From the NCBI GenBank assembly GCA_001179505.1, contig CDMY01000418.1, positions 1 through 64,000 on the forward strand: DNA of 64,000 bases, given 5' to 3'. Positions 24,316 through 37,097 of this stretch are shown here, one piece after another; positions within the stretch are counted from its first letter, which is position 1, and each line of letters begins with the position of its first letter. Made by a program: the position numbers and the translations under genes. Below the pieces are notes generated by a model. It had not been told where the DNA came from. It was given only the letters and a program-made list of their open reading frames with translations, and did no database searches. The DNA comes from Vitrella brassicaformis CCMP3155. Taxonomy: Eukaryota > Protista > Chromerida.

Positions 24316-25534
24316 AGCTGAGGAAATCGCACACCAGCCAACGAAACCGAATGGAGCACGCTGGGCACAAAAACAGCAAAAGAAAGGGCGGAAAAAGCAC
24401 CAGAAAAGACCGCCGCACGTCTTCCCCACGAAAAAATGTGTTCATGAGCACCCAATGCCGTCTCAGCAGACAAAACAAACAGCTTTGCAGGCGGGGGCAG
24501 AAAACAAGGGCGAGAAAAGGGCACTACGAAGCCGTCTCTCCGACTTCTCCCACCCTCTCCATAGTGATCTGGCGTCTCTCCACTGCATTCCTTCACATCG
24601 GTGCAGCTCTCTCTGCTTTTGTGTCGTCTCTCCACAACATCGTCTCTCCACTACACATACAGGCTATTTACCATTACACGGACCACTGCTAGTGATATGA
24701 GCACTGTCACCAGTGCGATATCACGCGTTCCGAGGCGCGGCGAGATGGGACATCCGCTCTCCCACTCATCTGAGCTCGCAGAGTTGGCCGCCTTTGCCGC
24801 TGTGTTCGAGCCGCGTGCGTCTTTTCCTCATCTACCGCTTCTCATCCGGCTTGCTGATCCCGTTTCGTACCTTTCGGTTCGGGGAGGTCGTGTGTCCCGC
24901 ATGTCCCGCCCTTCGTGCCCTGTCGTCCTGATGCTGACGCGGCGTGGTCGTCGCCTGTGGACGAGATGCCGTTGCGGTGTGTCTACGGCTTTGCTTCTGG
25001 CGGCTGCTGGCTTGTCGGTGGCTCTCTCTGTGGCTGGAGTTCGTCCTGATGATGCGGCTCAGCCATGGCGCCTTGGTAGAAGATCCAGACGCGTTGCTTG
25101 TCTTCTGTTGTGTTTGTCCAGGTGATTCTTGGATCCCTTGGTGCTCGTTATCGTTCTATCCGGCTCTGCTTCTGGCTCCCCTGTTGGCGCCCTCCCTGTG
25201 GCTGAAGTCAGGGGCTCCTGTGCCCTTCTCTCCTGCGCAAGGCAAGCGCGAAGTACGGTGGCATGGTTGTGTGTTGTCTCAGGTCTTGTCTCTGTGGCTG
25301 AAGACCGTGGCTCCTGTGGCTGAAGACTGTGGCTGAAGACAGCGGCGAGTCGTTTGGCGCTGGGCCCTCTCGTTCTGGTCTGGCTCCTTGTGACTCGCCA
25401 CGTCACTCACGTAGGCTGGGCACTACACGTGGGGTAGGGCTTTGGGCATGTACGCATGCGTACATGCCCGTACGATTTTTGTGTTTTTATGTTCCGTTTG
25501 TCGCTAGATATGTTCTATTTCTATTTGGTCTTGC

Positions 25535-25790
25535 CCCTTCCACGTCGGGCATCCTTTCCCTGCCCATGTCTGGCGTTCTGCCTTTCCCTGCCCATGTCGG
25601 GCGTCCTTTTCCCGCCCATGTCGGGCATCCTGCCGTTTTCCTGCCCATGTCGGGCGTCCTGCCTTTCCCTGCCCATATCGGGCGTCCTTTTCCCTGCCCA
25701 TGTCGGGCGTCCTGCCGTTTTCCTGCCCATGTCGGGCGTTCTGCCTTTTCCCTGCCCATGTCGGGCGTCCTGCCTTTCCCTGCCAATGCC
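25535..25790. repeat. Minisatellite, 24-28-bp unit, about 9 copies
   Basis: Repeated tttccctgcccatgtcgggcgtcc(tgcc). Confidence 0.85.
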
Positions 25791-27251
25791 GTTTTGTCTT
25801 TGCCCTCTTGCTTTGCCCTTTCCTAGCCCTGCCCGATTCATCGATCGTTCCTTTGTGGATTCTTTCTGTCCCTTCATTCCAGCCGTCTTGTCTCCTTGTC
25901 GGTCTGGTGCATGTGTGTGCATGAGTTGTGGGTAGATCGTTGTGGGGCGTGACCGCTGTCATACCCTTTCCGGCCTGCCGTTGCTCATGCCCGCCTATGC
26001 TCAGCCTCTCTGCGCATTCCCATGCCTGCCCATGCATCTGCCTGTCTGCCCAACTCATTGATTGATCCGGCCATCGTTCCTTCCTGCCCTTCATTCCTTC
26101 CCGTCAGTCGTTTTGCCTTGTTGCCTTCTCATTTCGTTCGTGCCTGCATCAAGTTATGGTCGCTGTCATGCTGTTGTTTGCAGCATGTCTTTTCCCACGA
26201 GCCCCTGCTTGCCTTGCCCTGCCTTGCCTGCCTCCTTCCTTGCTCATTTCCCTCTGCTTGGTTGTCTGCCTGTCGCCCCACATGCATTCATGCATGCAGT
26301 TCTCCTCTGCTGATGCTTCTCATGTACCATGTTCAAGTGTCTTCCCACGCCTTCATTCGTCTGGCCTTACCTGTCATGTTCCCCTCGCGATTTCATCGGT
26401 CAGCCCTTCTGACCGCCATGCATCGTCCGTGTTCCGCCTTCGTTCGTTGCTTCTAGGTTTGGTTAACGTGCACGGATTCATAATTCTTTCTCCCATCTCT
26501 ACTTTCCCGCACATTCTATTTGTCTGTTCACCCCCCCCTCGTCCCATGTCTCTTTCCTTCCCTCACTTACACATGTCCCATGGGGTCATGGCGGGGGGNN
26601 NNNNNNNNNNNNNNNNNNNNNNNNNNNNNNNNNNNNNNNNNNNNNNNNNNNNNNNNNNNNNNNNNNNNNNNNNNNNNNNNNNNNNNNNNNNNNNNNNNNN
26701 NNNNNNNNNNNNNNNNNNNNNNNNNNNNNNNNNNNNNNNNNNNNNNNNNNNNNNNNNNNNNNNNNNNNNNNNNNNNNNNNNNNNNNNNNNNNNNNNNNNN
26801 NNNNNNNNNNNNNNNNNNNNNNNNNNNNNNNNNNNNNNNNNNNNNNNNNNNNNNNNNNNNNNNNNNNNNNNNNNNNNNNNNNNNNNNNNNNNNNNNNNGG
26901 GGGGGGGGGGGGTTGGGGTCGTCGCATCACACAGCCTGATGCGTCCCCGCGTGCTGGCGGGCACGGATCTGGCTGGCACCCTTTTACGGTATTCAGGTCG
27001 GAGCTAGGGTCCGGTCCCTCCGAGCCGCGGTGGGGAATAGACGAACGGGTCGTTTTACCGCGAGCTTTGGCGAGCTTTTGCAAAACCCGAAAAAATTGCA
27101 TACATTGCCCACACGGTTCTCAGCACACCAGTAGCACACAGCACACCCCTACACCTCAGGGACGTCCAGGACGAGCGAAAGACATCATGTTGAGACATCC
27201 ATCATGTTTTAAAGCCTCCGTTAAACGGTTGTCCCTGGCGAGACCGGAGAA

Positions 27252-29467
27252 ATGAGCGAAGAGATCGACAGGCATGTGTTGCGCAAGTACGAAATCGTCC
27301 AGAAGCTCGGCAAAGGCGTAGGCGAAGGGGCAGGCTCGGCAAGCGCATGTGCGTTTCTCCACCTCAGGCCTATGGGATTGTTTGGAAAGCCATTGACAAG
27401 AAGATAGGGGAGGTGGTGGCGCTCAAGAAGATATTCGATGCCTTCCAGAACGCCACTGATGCCCAACGGACTTTTCGAGAGATCATGTTCCTGCAGGAGC
27501 TCAACGGGCATGATAATATTGTCAAGCTGTTGAATGTGCTGAAAGCCGACAATGATCGCGACATATACTTGGTTTTCGACTACATGGGTAGGCAGCAGGA
27601 AAAGGCATAGATGACGGTGTGCACATGACCTGCGCATGGTTATTTTCAGAGACGGACCTGCATGCTGTTATCCGCGCGAGCATCCTTGAGGTGGGCGTGC
27701 TTGGATTTGGCATCTCATGTCACTGCTTGCGCTCTGCCGGCATGCAGGAGATTCACAAGCAGTACATCGTCTATCAGCTTCTGAAATCGCTCAAATACAT
27801 GCACTCAGGCACGGGTGAACCGATCAGCCTCCTCTCACGTATTTCTTTTTCTTGTCAGGGGAGCTACTTCATCGTGACATGAAGCCTTCCAACATCCTTC
27901 TCAACTCCGAATGCCATGTTAAAGTTGCAGATTACGGGTAAGTGGCGGCCAGGCAACCTGGCATGGACGGGATATGCGTGTGTGGGGTCCAAGGCTTGCC
28001 CGGAGCGTTGCGCAGAGTGACAGTGAGGTCGGCACCAACCCCGTTCTTACAGACTACGTGGCAACACGATGGTGAGCCTTCCATTCCATCCCGTCTACCA
28101 ACCCCGTATCGGTTTGTCTGCGTTCAGGTATCGTGCCCCTGAAATTCTTCTCGGCTCTACCAAGTATACGAAGGGTGTGGACATGTGGTCACTTGGGTGC
28201 ATCCTGGGAGAGCTTATCGGAGGGAAACCCACCTTCCCTGGTAGACGACGAAATGACTTGATGCGATAGCAAGAGAACGCCTTTCTTTTCTGTGTGACAG
28301 GGACATCTACTATGAATCAGCTGGAGAGGATCATGGAGGTCACAGGTGAACAGAACACCTGTAACCAACCGATTGCAATATCCCTCTATTCCTATGAGCC
28401 AGGCCGTCCTTCCCAAGAGGACATCGATGCGATGAAGTCGCCATTTGCCGCCACCATGCTGGAATCGTTGCCGATGGTTCGGAATCGGTGAGTTTACGAA
28501 AGGAAGGGACCATACGGTCAACGCAACGATTGTTGATGCACTGTCTATGTATTTGCGCAGTCCTCTGACCGAGATGTTCCCTACTGCTAGTTCTGATGCG
28601 TTGGACCTTTTGAAATCTCTGCTGCAATTCAACCCAAATAAGAGAATCAGGCAAATCATCGCACAAGGACATACAATGTTTGATTTCTTACCCTTCTGTC
28701 TTCAGCGCGGCGGACGCTTTGCAGCATCCTTATGTGGTGCAATTTCACAACCCCGATGATGAACCCGAGTGTGGCCGGATCATCAGGTGACTCGAACAAA
28801 CATCACTGTGGGGGGACGTGTGATATATGTGTAATATTCGGACACAGGATTTCGATCGATGACAACACCAAGTCAGGGTTCTTGCAAGTGGTGCGAAGCC
28901 ATGAAATGAGGGGCCTTGCCTTTCTTTAGGTATTCAATCGCCGACTACCGTGACCGCTTGTACAGCGAAGTGATCAAGAGGAAGAAGGACCAACGAAGGC
29001 ATCGTCTCAGAGACCCTCAGGTACTAAGGGGAAGAAAAGCAAAGACCACCTACGACTCCAGCCCTGTCGTTCGTACAAATCAGAGCTCATCCGGTTCGGT
29101 TCACGTGGGCAGCAATAGCAGTGGCCCAGCAGATGGCGGAACCAGCGGTGCCGGTTCTGCTTCTCATTCGCGTGACCGCGTCTCTTCCTCTGGACATCGC
29201 CAGCGCGAGACGCAGCAATATCCTTCCTACCACCCGAATCAGCCCTCCCACAACCACAACCACCACCACGGCCAAACGCAATCATATGCCAGTCCCAATG
29301 GGCAAGCTGCCTACCAACACAACCACCACGCTTATCAGCATCAGCAGGTGTATCAAACACACAGTGGAGGGACTACTGCAAGCCGCGGGGTACGAAAGGA
29401 AGGAATAAAAGCAGCTTTCCTGTGCTGATGCTGTTTTTTCCACGTGTAGGGCAGGGGGCTCCGCTAA
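27252..29467 (+). CDS. ERK7: ERK7/MAPK15-like MAP kinase, about 14 exons
   Basis: Spliced product [30 protein letters not shown]...[26 protein letters not shown]...HRDMKPSN...ADYGLARS...[13 protein letters not shown]...HNPDDEP, followed by an S/H/Q-rich tail. Exons: 27252-317, 27368-587, 27650-690, 27748-808, 27859-937, 27994-28071, 28128-240, 28301-345, 28403-487, 28561-650, 28706-786, 28848-871, 28930-29389 (possible extra intron 29021-83), 29450-467. Confidence 0.95.
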
Positions 29468-30029
29468 TTGGATAACTCATACTTCGCGAGGACAGGCGGG
29501 TGTAGCGACTCGGGTGATTTACGAAGCAATCATATCAAGCATCGAATTGACACGTGTACCATGCCCATCGGTCTCATTCACTCCAATTGCAGAAAGACTG
29601 TTCTCGACCACTGGCGGGAAACAAAGGCAAAACTGGTTTTCCAGCGCCAGAACCGTTTTTCGCCCGAAGAACGGGCGGAACGCCCCCGACGGAAAACCAG
29701 ACGCTTTGCACACACACAGGCCCTCGGTACAGAACACGGACACGCAGGGGCCAGACATAGGGGTTACAAACTGTGTTTTGGGTGGAAAGCTGAGCGCCTA
29801 CAATGGAAAACTGCTGTTCTGCAATGGAAAACTGGGGTCCTCAATGAGAAAAGTGAGCACCTGTACCGGAAACCTGAGGCAGATCCTGAAAACGGGCCGT
29901 TGGAACGGAAAGCTGCGGTGGAAAACTGGTGTTCCAATGCAGTTTTCCCTGCTGTGCGCCTGGTTTGACCAGGAGATGTGTGCGGCAGGATCCAAGGTGT
30001 CATAAATTGTCATTCCCAAGCGACCCTTC

Positions 30030-30700
30030 TGAGAGATGACGGATAGTCGCCTCCCGGGCACCTGCGTGTCGTGAGACAACACGGCCCATGCCCATGGTCG
30101 CCCACTAAGTCGACGCTGTCGCAATCCGACGAAGAGAATTCGTTCTCCCCCAACGCCCACGGAACGCGAATCGGCCGAGACATACAAAATCGAATCGACG
30201 CGAGGCACAGAAACGACTGGACGGCGTGCGCAACCGCAAATTGGCGAGGGTACGCTGCCCTAAGTACGACCCGATCGCCAAGTCGGCCTTGACGTACTTC
30301 GACGGACGAGTATTTAATCTCTCTCGGCGCCAACAGACGCAGAACAAGCGAGCCGTAAATTGCCGAGAGCAAGCTGCCCCGTATGTCATAAAGATCACTG
30401 TCGTGATTCGACGGATTAGAGTTGATTGAAGCGACACCGTGCGCTCATGCGTGGCGACCGAGACTGTACCTCCGTTTCGATGGAAGTACACGACGATGAC
30501 GCGACGCCATACGCCATCGACACTGCGGCGAAAATACCCGAGGCCGTAAGTCGAGAGAGATCACGCACTTTAGCGAAACACTGTCCTGAGATCGCGGTCT
30601 GACATCGTGACGGCCTGAAGAGCCGCAGCGACCGAAAGCCGTCGTAGATGAGAGTGTAGCCGCCGTCATGAGCGACATAGCGTCACTCATGTAAGACGAT
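30030..30700 (-). repeat. Copy of an old, internally repetitive family also covering ~60400-62300 and 63670-64000
   Basis: Reverse complement matches 60540-60720 (atctacgacggctttcggtcgct), 61376-61500 (ccctcgccaatt..tgtctcggcc..cgttggggga) and 63669-63730 (gaccatgggcatgggc.gtgttgtctcacgacacgcaggtgccc). Confidence 0.7.
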
Positions 30701-31158
30701 CGACGGGGACTCCCTCGGCCTAGATAAATTCATGTACCGTAACGCACCAGTTGTGCGGTGCGAACTCCTGTTGCGATCCGTCCTACGTGACTGTGGAGAA
30801 TGGCAAGCTGGTCATCCAACTGAGGTATCTGGAGCAAAAGCGAAGACTACCGAATGGAACGAGGGTGCATGTGAACAGACGTGCTACGCATGGTTCTCCG
30901 GCGGTGGGGTCGTAACGAGACAGCGCTACCAGTAGGGGAATCGTCGAGGCTCCGACGACACCGAGGGGTACTCTTGTCTGCCTTTGCTTCTCTCGCTTCT
31001 CATGCAGGTACGATTACTTTGAGACGCGCGCGAAGATAACAGAGGCACGCGGCTGGCACGAGGGCTTCTGGACGTCATCCTCTGACGGAGGCAACGACCA
31101 GCATCCCCTCTCATCCGAACCAAGGAGCGAGTTCGACATATTCGATCATCGCGGCTAT

Positions 31159-32100
31159 GTGGAACCCTCAGACTTCCATTTCATCGTCCAGAGATGGACG
31201 GGAGGTGGCCCTTCGCCGAGACGCGAGTGGCTGGTGGCCAAGGGAGTGCGCGGCAAAGAGCTCGACATGTCCGAGCAGGGGAATTCCAGCATCCTAGCCC
31301 CAGCAGAGCAGGATGAAGACACTGGTGGCTCAGCCTGGCGGATCAATACCACGTTTTCTCCCTGTGGTTTGACCACGAGCGAGCGGCATGCTACCTGGAC
31401 GGCAGTCTCCTCCACGAGATCAAGGCCAAGACGAACAGCAGTCCGCCCGACGGGCTCTATGAGAAGATTCCAAAGAGCCTGTTCCACGTGTGGCTGTCGG
31501 CAATAACAAACTTTCGAATGAGAGGCGACAGGGTGAGCCCGGCCGGCTGTTACGGGGGCCCCGCGGGGGAGAACGAGCTAGAGTGAGTTCTGGGGGCGAT
31601 GTTATGTTTGATTACGTTCTCATCTATACCACTGCCTCTCATGACGAGGCGACCACAACCCTGTAAGACGAACGAAAAAAAACGACTATGGTCATGCCTT
31701 TTCGTTGGATGATGATGACGATGCCGGCCTGATTGAAGACAGATGCGCACAAGTGCCACCGAGATGGACAGGGGGTGGCCCCGAACGAGACGATGGGAAG
31801 GACAAGCGAGTGAAACGCGAGGGGCTATTAGACGAGATAGTGACCGGCAGCAGATGGCAGTTTGGCACAAAACTTGACGTGAGCCGGCCCAAGCAGGGGA
31901 ACACCAGCGACCCAACCCCGTCAGAGCAGGAATGAAGCACTGCTGGGGGCTTTAGCCTGGCGGACCAGCACCACGTTTTCTCCCTATTGTTTGACCATAA
32001 GCGAGCGGAATGGTACCTGGACGGCGCATTACTATTTGATTGTTCCTCTCTGCTGTCGGCAATGCCGCTGGAACGTTGTCTGAGCGAGGCTCACAACGGT
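31159..32100 (+). pseudogene. Two tandem degenerate GH16/ConA-like glucanase fragments
   Basis: Copy 1: ELDMSE (ExDxxE) at 31258-31275, then in a shifted frame LADQYHVFSLWFDHERAACYLDGSLL...IPKSLFHVWL. Copy 2 (~31750-32100): DQHHVFSLLFDHKRAEWYLDGALL, with a stop codon and no catalytic motif. Confidence 0.45.
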
Positions 32101-33049
32101 CTCACAAGGTTTTGCATCAGAGAGCAGCTCATGCAAGGAGGACGGCGGCCGAGGCGCGTCAGAGGGTGCGAGAGGCTCAGTCTGCGGCATGGACATTTGA
32201 GAGGAAGGCGGCACCCTCAGATGAAGTAAAAGCAACCCGCGCAAAGAAGACAGCAGACAAGCGACAGAAGACTCAAGAGGCCCGGTCGGAAAGGGTGTTA
32301 AGACCGCCCACGCAAGGAAGAAAAGAGAAGAGCGGCAGAAGACTCAACAAGCGCAATCGGCATCGGCCAAAGCGGCACATGCTGCCAAAGGGTGGGAGAA
32401 GGTAGCGAATGCCTCTCGAAGGAAGCAGGAAGAGATCGGCGTCTGCTGGAGCGGATGGAGGCCGACGAGAAAGAGAAGGGGAAATACATGGACAAGTTCC
32501 GCTGGGGCGGTGCTATCAAGAAGGAGCCTGCGAGTCCATGAGTGTCGGCCTACAAGAACGCGCGGAAGTATGTTGGCTGTTTCAGGGATGGTTCTGAAAC
32601 AGCGACATCCCTGAAACAGCCAACAGCGATACACACAGACACACACACACACACACGCCGACGTGACTAACGGGCGAAACTCACTGTGACGGACACCAGT
32701 GCACTGGCGAGCGAACACCCCGCATCTACATCAACTATAACTTATATATATATATATGTAAGAAGTTCCAGAATGGAAGGCGCTGCAAGAAGAGAGAGCT
32801 CTAAATTTAGACATATCATGGAGAGAGTGGGCACAATGATGTGTGTCATCAGGAGGGGGCCATTGCCGGTGGTTTCGTACAGAGTTCCACACAACCAGCA
32901 GCTCGCAAACAGACGAATCACAATAAGAACGTAGCAGGATCTCTATCAAGAAAGATTTCACGATGCAAACATGTGATAGCCTGTACGAATGATGGAATTC
33001 TCGACGATCAAAGTGATAGTGCGGACAGTCACTCCCCTGAGCAGTGGAG

Positions 33050-34230
33050 GACTAGGTCTCAGAATGGGATGCGGAGCTGATTCGGCCTTCATCGGCGCAA
33101 AGCTGGTAGTGCCGAGCCCTCGAGTGTCCGCCAGTGCTCCCTATATATGGCAGGATACCAACACCACCAGAATCCCTCCGCTCGCCATCAAGATCCGAGA
33201 GGTGGTGGAACGTTCGCAAGCTTTCTTCAGCTGGTCGCATAGCGTAGTCTCCACTGGTAAGCTGCGATCTGGCCATCTGATATGACAAGCTCAAGGTCTT
33301 CTTCTTGCTCCTGCTCTTGCTCCCGTCCTGCGTCGCCCCTACAGATGGATCAGGCATGGGCAGGTCAAAGTCTCGGTTCTGTTTTTTCTTCTACTGGGTG
33401 TGACAACTGCTCGGCGTGAAAGCAACATTGTGATAGTCAGGGTCGGCCTGGCGCGTCTTCCAAGGTCGCATACTGCAGCCCGTCAGACAAGCACCATAGG
33501 TGAATGGCTGATGCAACTCTTTGTTCGAGGGCCATTGGGTCTGTTGCTGATACGAAAGGGCCGCGCTGGACGTATCCATTGCCCCAGGCCTAGAGAGAAT
33601 TGATTGGATACTCGCCCCCTTGAGACGAAAGAGAAATCCTGGAAAGGACAAATGCATAGACAAGAGCAGCGTGAAGGACAAACCCTATCCCAGTGCTCCT
33701 TTTCACCTGTCAAGTCGCATCGTAGACCCTCCACCGATCCCCCCGTCTGTTTCTTGTCCCTTGCAGGGACTTGCTACTGTTATGTAATACGGATTGTGTG
33801 CAAGTAAGGCGGGCGGGGGGGGAGGCGACGTCACGCCGTGTGTGACGCGAGGACCATGACGCCTGTTGGCAATGCGACGAGGAGGCGTTTCGCCTGAGGA
33901 GCGATAGGACGGATTCTTGCGATTACTGGAGCGCCACTGGTCATACGACGACGGAGCCACGGCCTCCATACGCTGTCCATGTGCAAAAACAGTAGATACC
34001 GTTTATGGCACGCCATTGTCGTCTCTCGCCTACATTGTTGTTGGCGTTTGCGGGGAAGTGGTCTTCCCTTCCATTCCTCAGATGCAGGCGTCGAGGGTTG
34101 CTACTTCCTCCTCTTGGTCCCGCTGACGGGGGGCTTGGACTTCTGATAGCCAGACGCACCCTTGCACAAACAATATCGTCACACCTTCGCTCTCCTTGAA
34201 CTTTTTAATTGCCACGACCTCTTGCGTCTC
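33050..34230 (-). pseudogene. CDKL-family kinase remnant: orphan subdomain-II exon plus low-complexity exon-like pieces
   Basis: Exon 34185-34230, bounded by cag| and |gtgtga, reads ETQEVVAIKKFKESE. No other kinase subdomains were seen nearby. Confidence 0.6.
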
Positions 34231-34268
34231 CTGCATACATGCCGCCATGCCGAGAAGGCCACACACGT

Positions 34269-35196
34269 ATCGAGGAGTAAAGATGAGGTGAATTCATGCT
34301 TTCTGGCATTACTCGTGCGTGCAAGGTCCCACTTTGTCTGTCTTCCCCTCCCCCCAGCACAACGAGTCATCAAACGGCTTTCCAACTGCAGTATATATTT
34401 GTGCCAGTGCCACTGCCATATTGTCTCCTACCTGAACATTGATCCATTGAAGCTCGTCTTTTGAAGCCCCCTCCCCCTTGAACGGGGGGAGGGGGCGACA
34501 TTGCATTGTCCGGCCGAACATCTGACTTCACACGATGTGCATTGACTGCAATCACCCATCAAAAACAGTCGATTCTCGGCTTCTGGACAAGTCCTACCGC
34601 TAATGACTGAGTCCTCTTCATCCGCTCTTCCCGGATCCTTGCAAAATACAGTCAAATCGTTGTGGCTCTTGCATTCTCCCTTTCACGATCTACCCTAAAC
34701 GTCAGCCCGTGGCCAATCGCGATCACTGGTTTACTGTTTATAATCGACTTTGGTGCGACACTTTGCCTGGTGTCCCTTCCCGATCGCCTCCCATTACTCG
34801 GGGGCCCCTCTACAGCTCTGCACGAGGGGAAGTATTCCGTGTTGTTCGCATGTATGGCCTTGCGGCGCCTGATGGCAAGGTTTACTTTCGATGGGATCTC
34901 AATTATTGTGATCCTCTTCTGTTTGCCTTTTCTTTGCTCACCTCTCGCTCACTGCATGTGCATGAAGCGGTCGCCACGTTTCTGCTTTCTGCGAAAGCCT
35001 CGCGAAAGTGGTGGGTTGCGTTGCATCCGGTGCTTCCTTCTCCGGACTCGTGATTTTCTATGGACTCACACAGACCCTTTCTTGCGTACCCGTTCGGGGG
35101 GCCGGGGGGCAAGGTCCCCGTGAGGTTAACGAACGAACGAACGAACCTCCCCCCTCGTAACCGTTCGTCGAGCCGCGTTCGGGCGAGGCCCATCGA
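34269..35196 (-). mobile_element. Second copy of the TCGAT-bounded element, with a ~335-bp internal insert (~34810-35146)
   Basis: 34270-34810 is a near-identical reverse complement of ~15640-16179. The match resumes at 35147-35196 (ccccctcgtaaccgttcgtcgagccgc...cccatcga). Confidence 0.75.
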
Positions 35197-35422
35197 AGAA
35201 TTTATCGAACTTTAGCATGAGGCCCTGACCTTGTTTCGGCATCGCAACACAACCGCATATGCCCCCCTCACCAACGACGCCCAACACTTTGTGCGAAAAA
35301 GGCAATCCTGACACACTTCATACTTATTCATCAAGCTGAGGAGATTGCGTGTTGAGGCACCAAAGGGGTTTACGTTGCGTTACACTGCTGCTGCTCCCCT
35401 AACACAACTTTCGTTTGGGAAG

Positions 35423-36837
35423 ATGAAGCGGGCAGCTGAAGGACCGGAGGAGGACGTGAACGGCCACCCAGCTAAGAGGCAAGTTGCTCAAGAGGGAGAT
35501 CTGGGGCATGAATCGTGCGTGCGCAGGGTTGCTCGTGATGGCGTAGCTGAGGAGGAAGATGAGGTGAAAGAGGACTTCGGGGGCTTCCCGTCGGAGGAGA
35601 CCATGAATGAACTGGAAAACAGTGAGTCACAGAGCCACATGTCCTTCGTCCGCTCGTTTGTTGTGTGCCCCGTTTGCTTATGTCTCGCACGTGTCCGTCA
35701 GTCCAAAAGGAATTGTTCAAACTGGTAGGAACGACCGACACTCAGAGGATCACATGCATCTGATGGTTCGTGCCCTTCCTCAGGACGACGAGTGCGCCAA
35801 GGAGCAGATGGAAGTGCAGAAGAAATACGGTGGGGTACACAATCTTTCGTACACACGTATCATAGCGTGTCGCCCGCATACACCTCTCAGACAAACAGAA
35901 GAAGCCTGCGTTCGACAAGCGCAACGAAATCATTGCCGCCATCCCGCAGTTCTGGCTGCAAGCCTTCAAGAACCACAAGGGCATCTACATACATCAAGAA
36001 GACGAGGAGCTCCTCGGGGTAGGGTAGGGCATGGCAGCAGACAGGGGAACGAAAATAGCGCAAAATTCATACACACAGTCGCATCGTGAGTTCTATCAGC
36101 ATCTGAAAACTATCGAAGTGGATGACAACCTGGATCACATGGGATCATACAAGCTGACATTCGTAAGAAGTGCTGAAAGGACACGTTTCTTCTTCAAGGT
36201 ACGCGGGAGTTACTCGCGAGTAACAATCTGTGCATTGTGCAGCATTTTGAGCCGAATGACTTTCTGGAGAGTCTGACAATGTCCAAGAAGACCACGATTC
36301 TGGACGGCAATGATGAAGTGTGCGAGATCAGCCCCATCGTTTGGCAGGAGAACATGGTGAGCAGCAGGGAGCAGATTAGCCCTCTGATGGGCGGCATGTG
36401 TAGCGTGAACTTCTGTCGAGTCAGGACATTGTATCCCGCATTCGCGAGAGGCGCAAGCAGCAACAAGAGAAGGGAGAATCGCCTGTAGACAGCGACTACT
36501 CACTCTTCGAATGGTATATGTACACACATGAGGATTGCCAGTACGTGGGGGTTTGTGTGCACTTTTCTCAGGTTCACGCAGGAGGCTCCTGACGACATAC
36601 CTGATTTGGGTGAGGTGATCCGCCGCGAGCTGTGGCACGACCCGCTCCAATACTACCTAGAGGTCAGCGGTTGGGCAGACATGCGACGACCAACATGCCT
36701 TTGTGTACACTGTCTGCACGCATGTTGCGCAGGAGTGTGACGAGGGGGGTCTGATCGACGAGGAAGAGGGCGAGGAAGAAGAAGATGAGGCCGAGGGCGA
36801 AGAGTACACGCCGATGGATGGTAGTTTGGTCAGATAA
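35423..36837 (+). CDS. Nucleosome assembly protein (NAP/SET family histone chaperone), about 10 exons
   Basis: Spliced product MKRAAEGPEEDVNGHPAKR...NELENIQKELFKLDDECAKEQMEVQKKYDKQKKPAFDKRNEIIAAIPQFWLQAFKNH...YKLTFHFEPNDF...SLFEWF...DLGEVIRRELWHDPLQYYL, followed by an acidic tail. The 3' end could include one more intron. Confidence 0.92.
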
Positions 36838-37097
36838 GGGAAGGCTTCTGATGTGAATCAGTGTATGAACCTTTTTTGCGTGAAAAGACGTGAAAGATAA
36901 CCCATACGTGGAGAAATAATGAATCATGTTGCCATTCTCAAGATTCACGCCCACACACACACACACGGATAGTGAAGAAAATCGCGGGTCATCCAAGGAA
37001 GTGGTTTTTCTCACATCTCGTCCCTTCTCTATCCTTCAGTTGACGTCATCTTTGACGTACCAGTAATACTGGACAAACGGGACTACAAAAGAACCGA

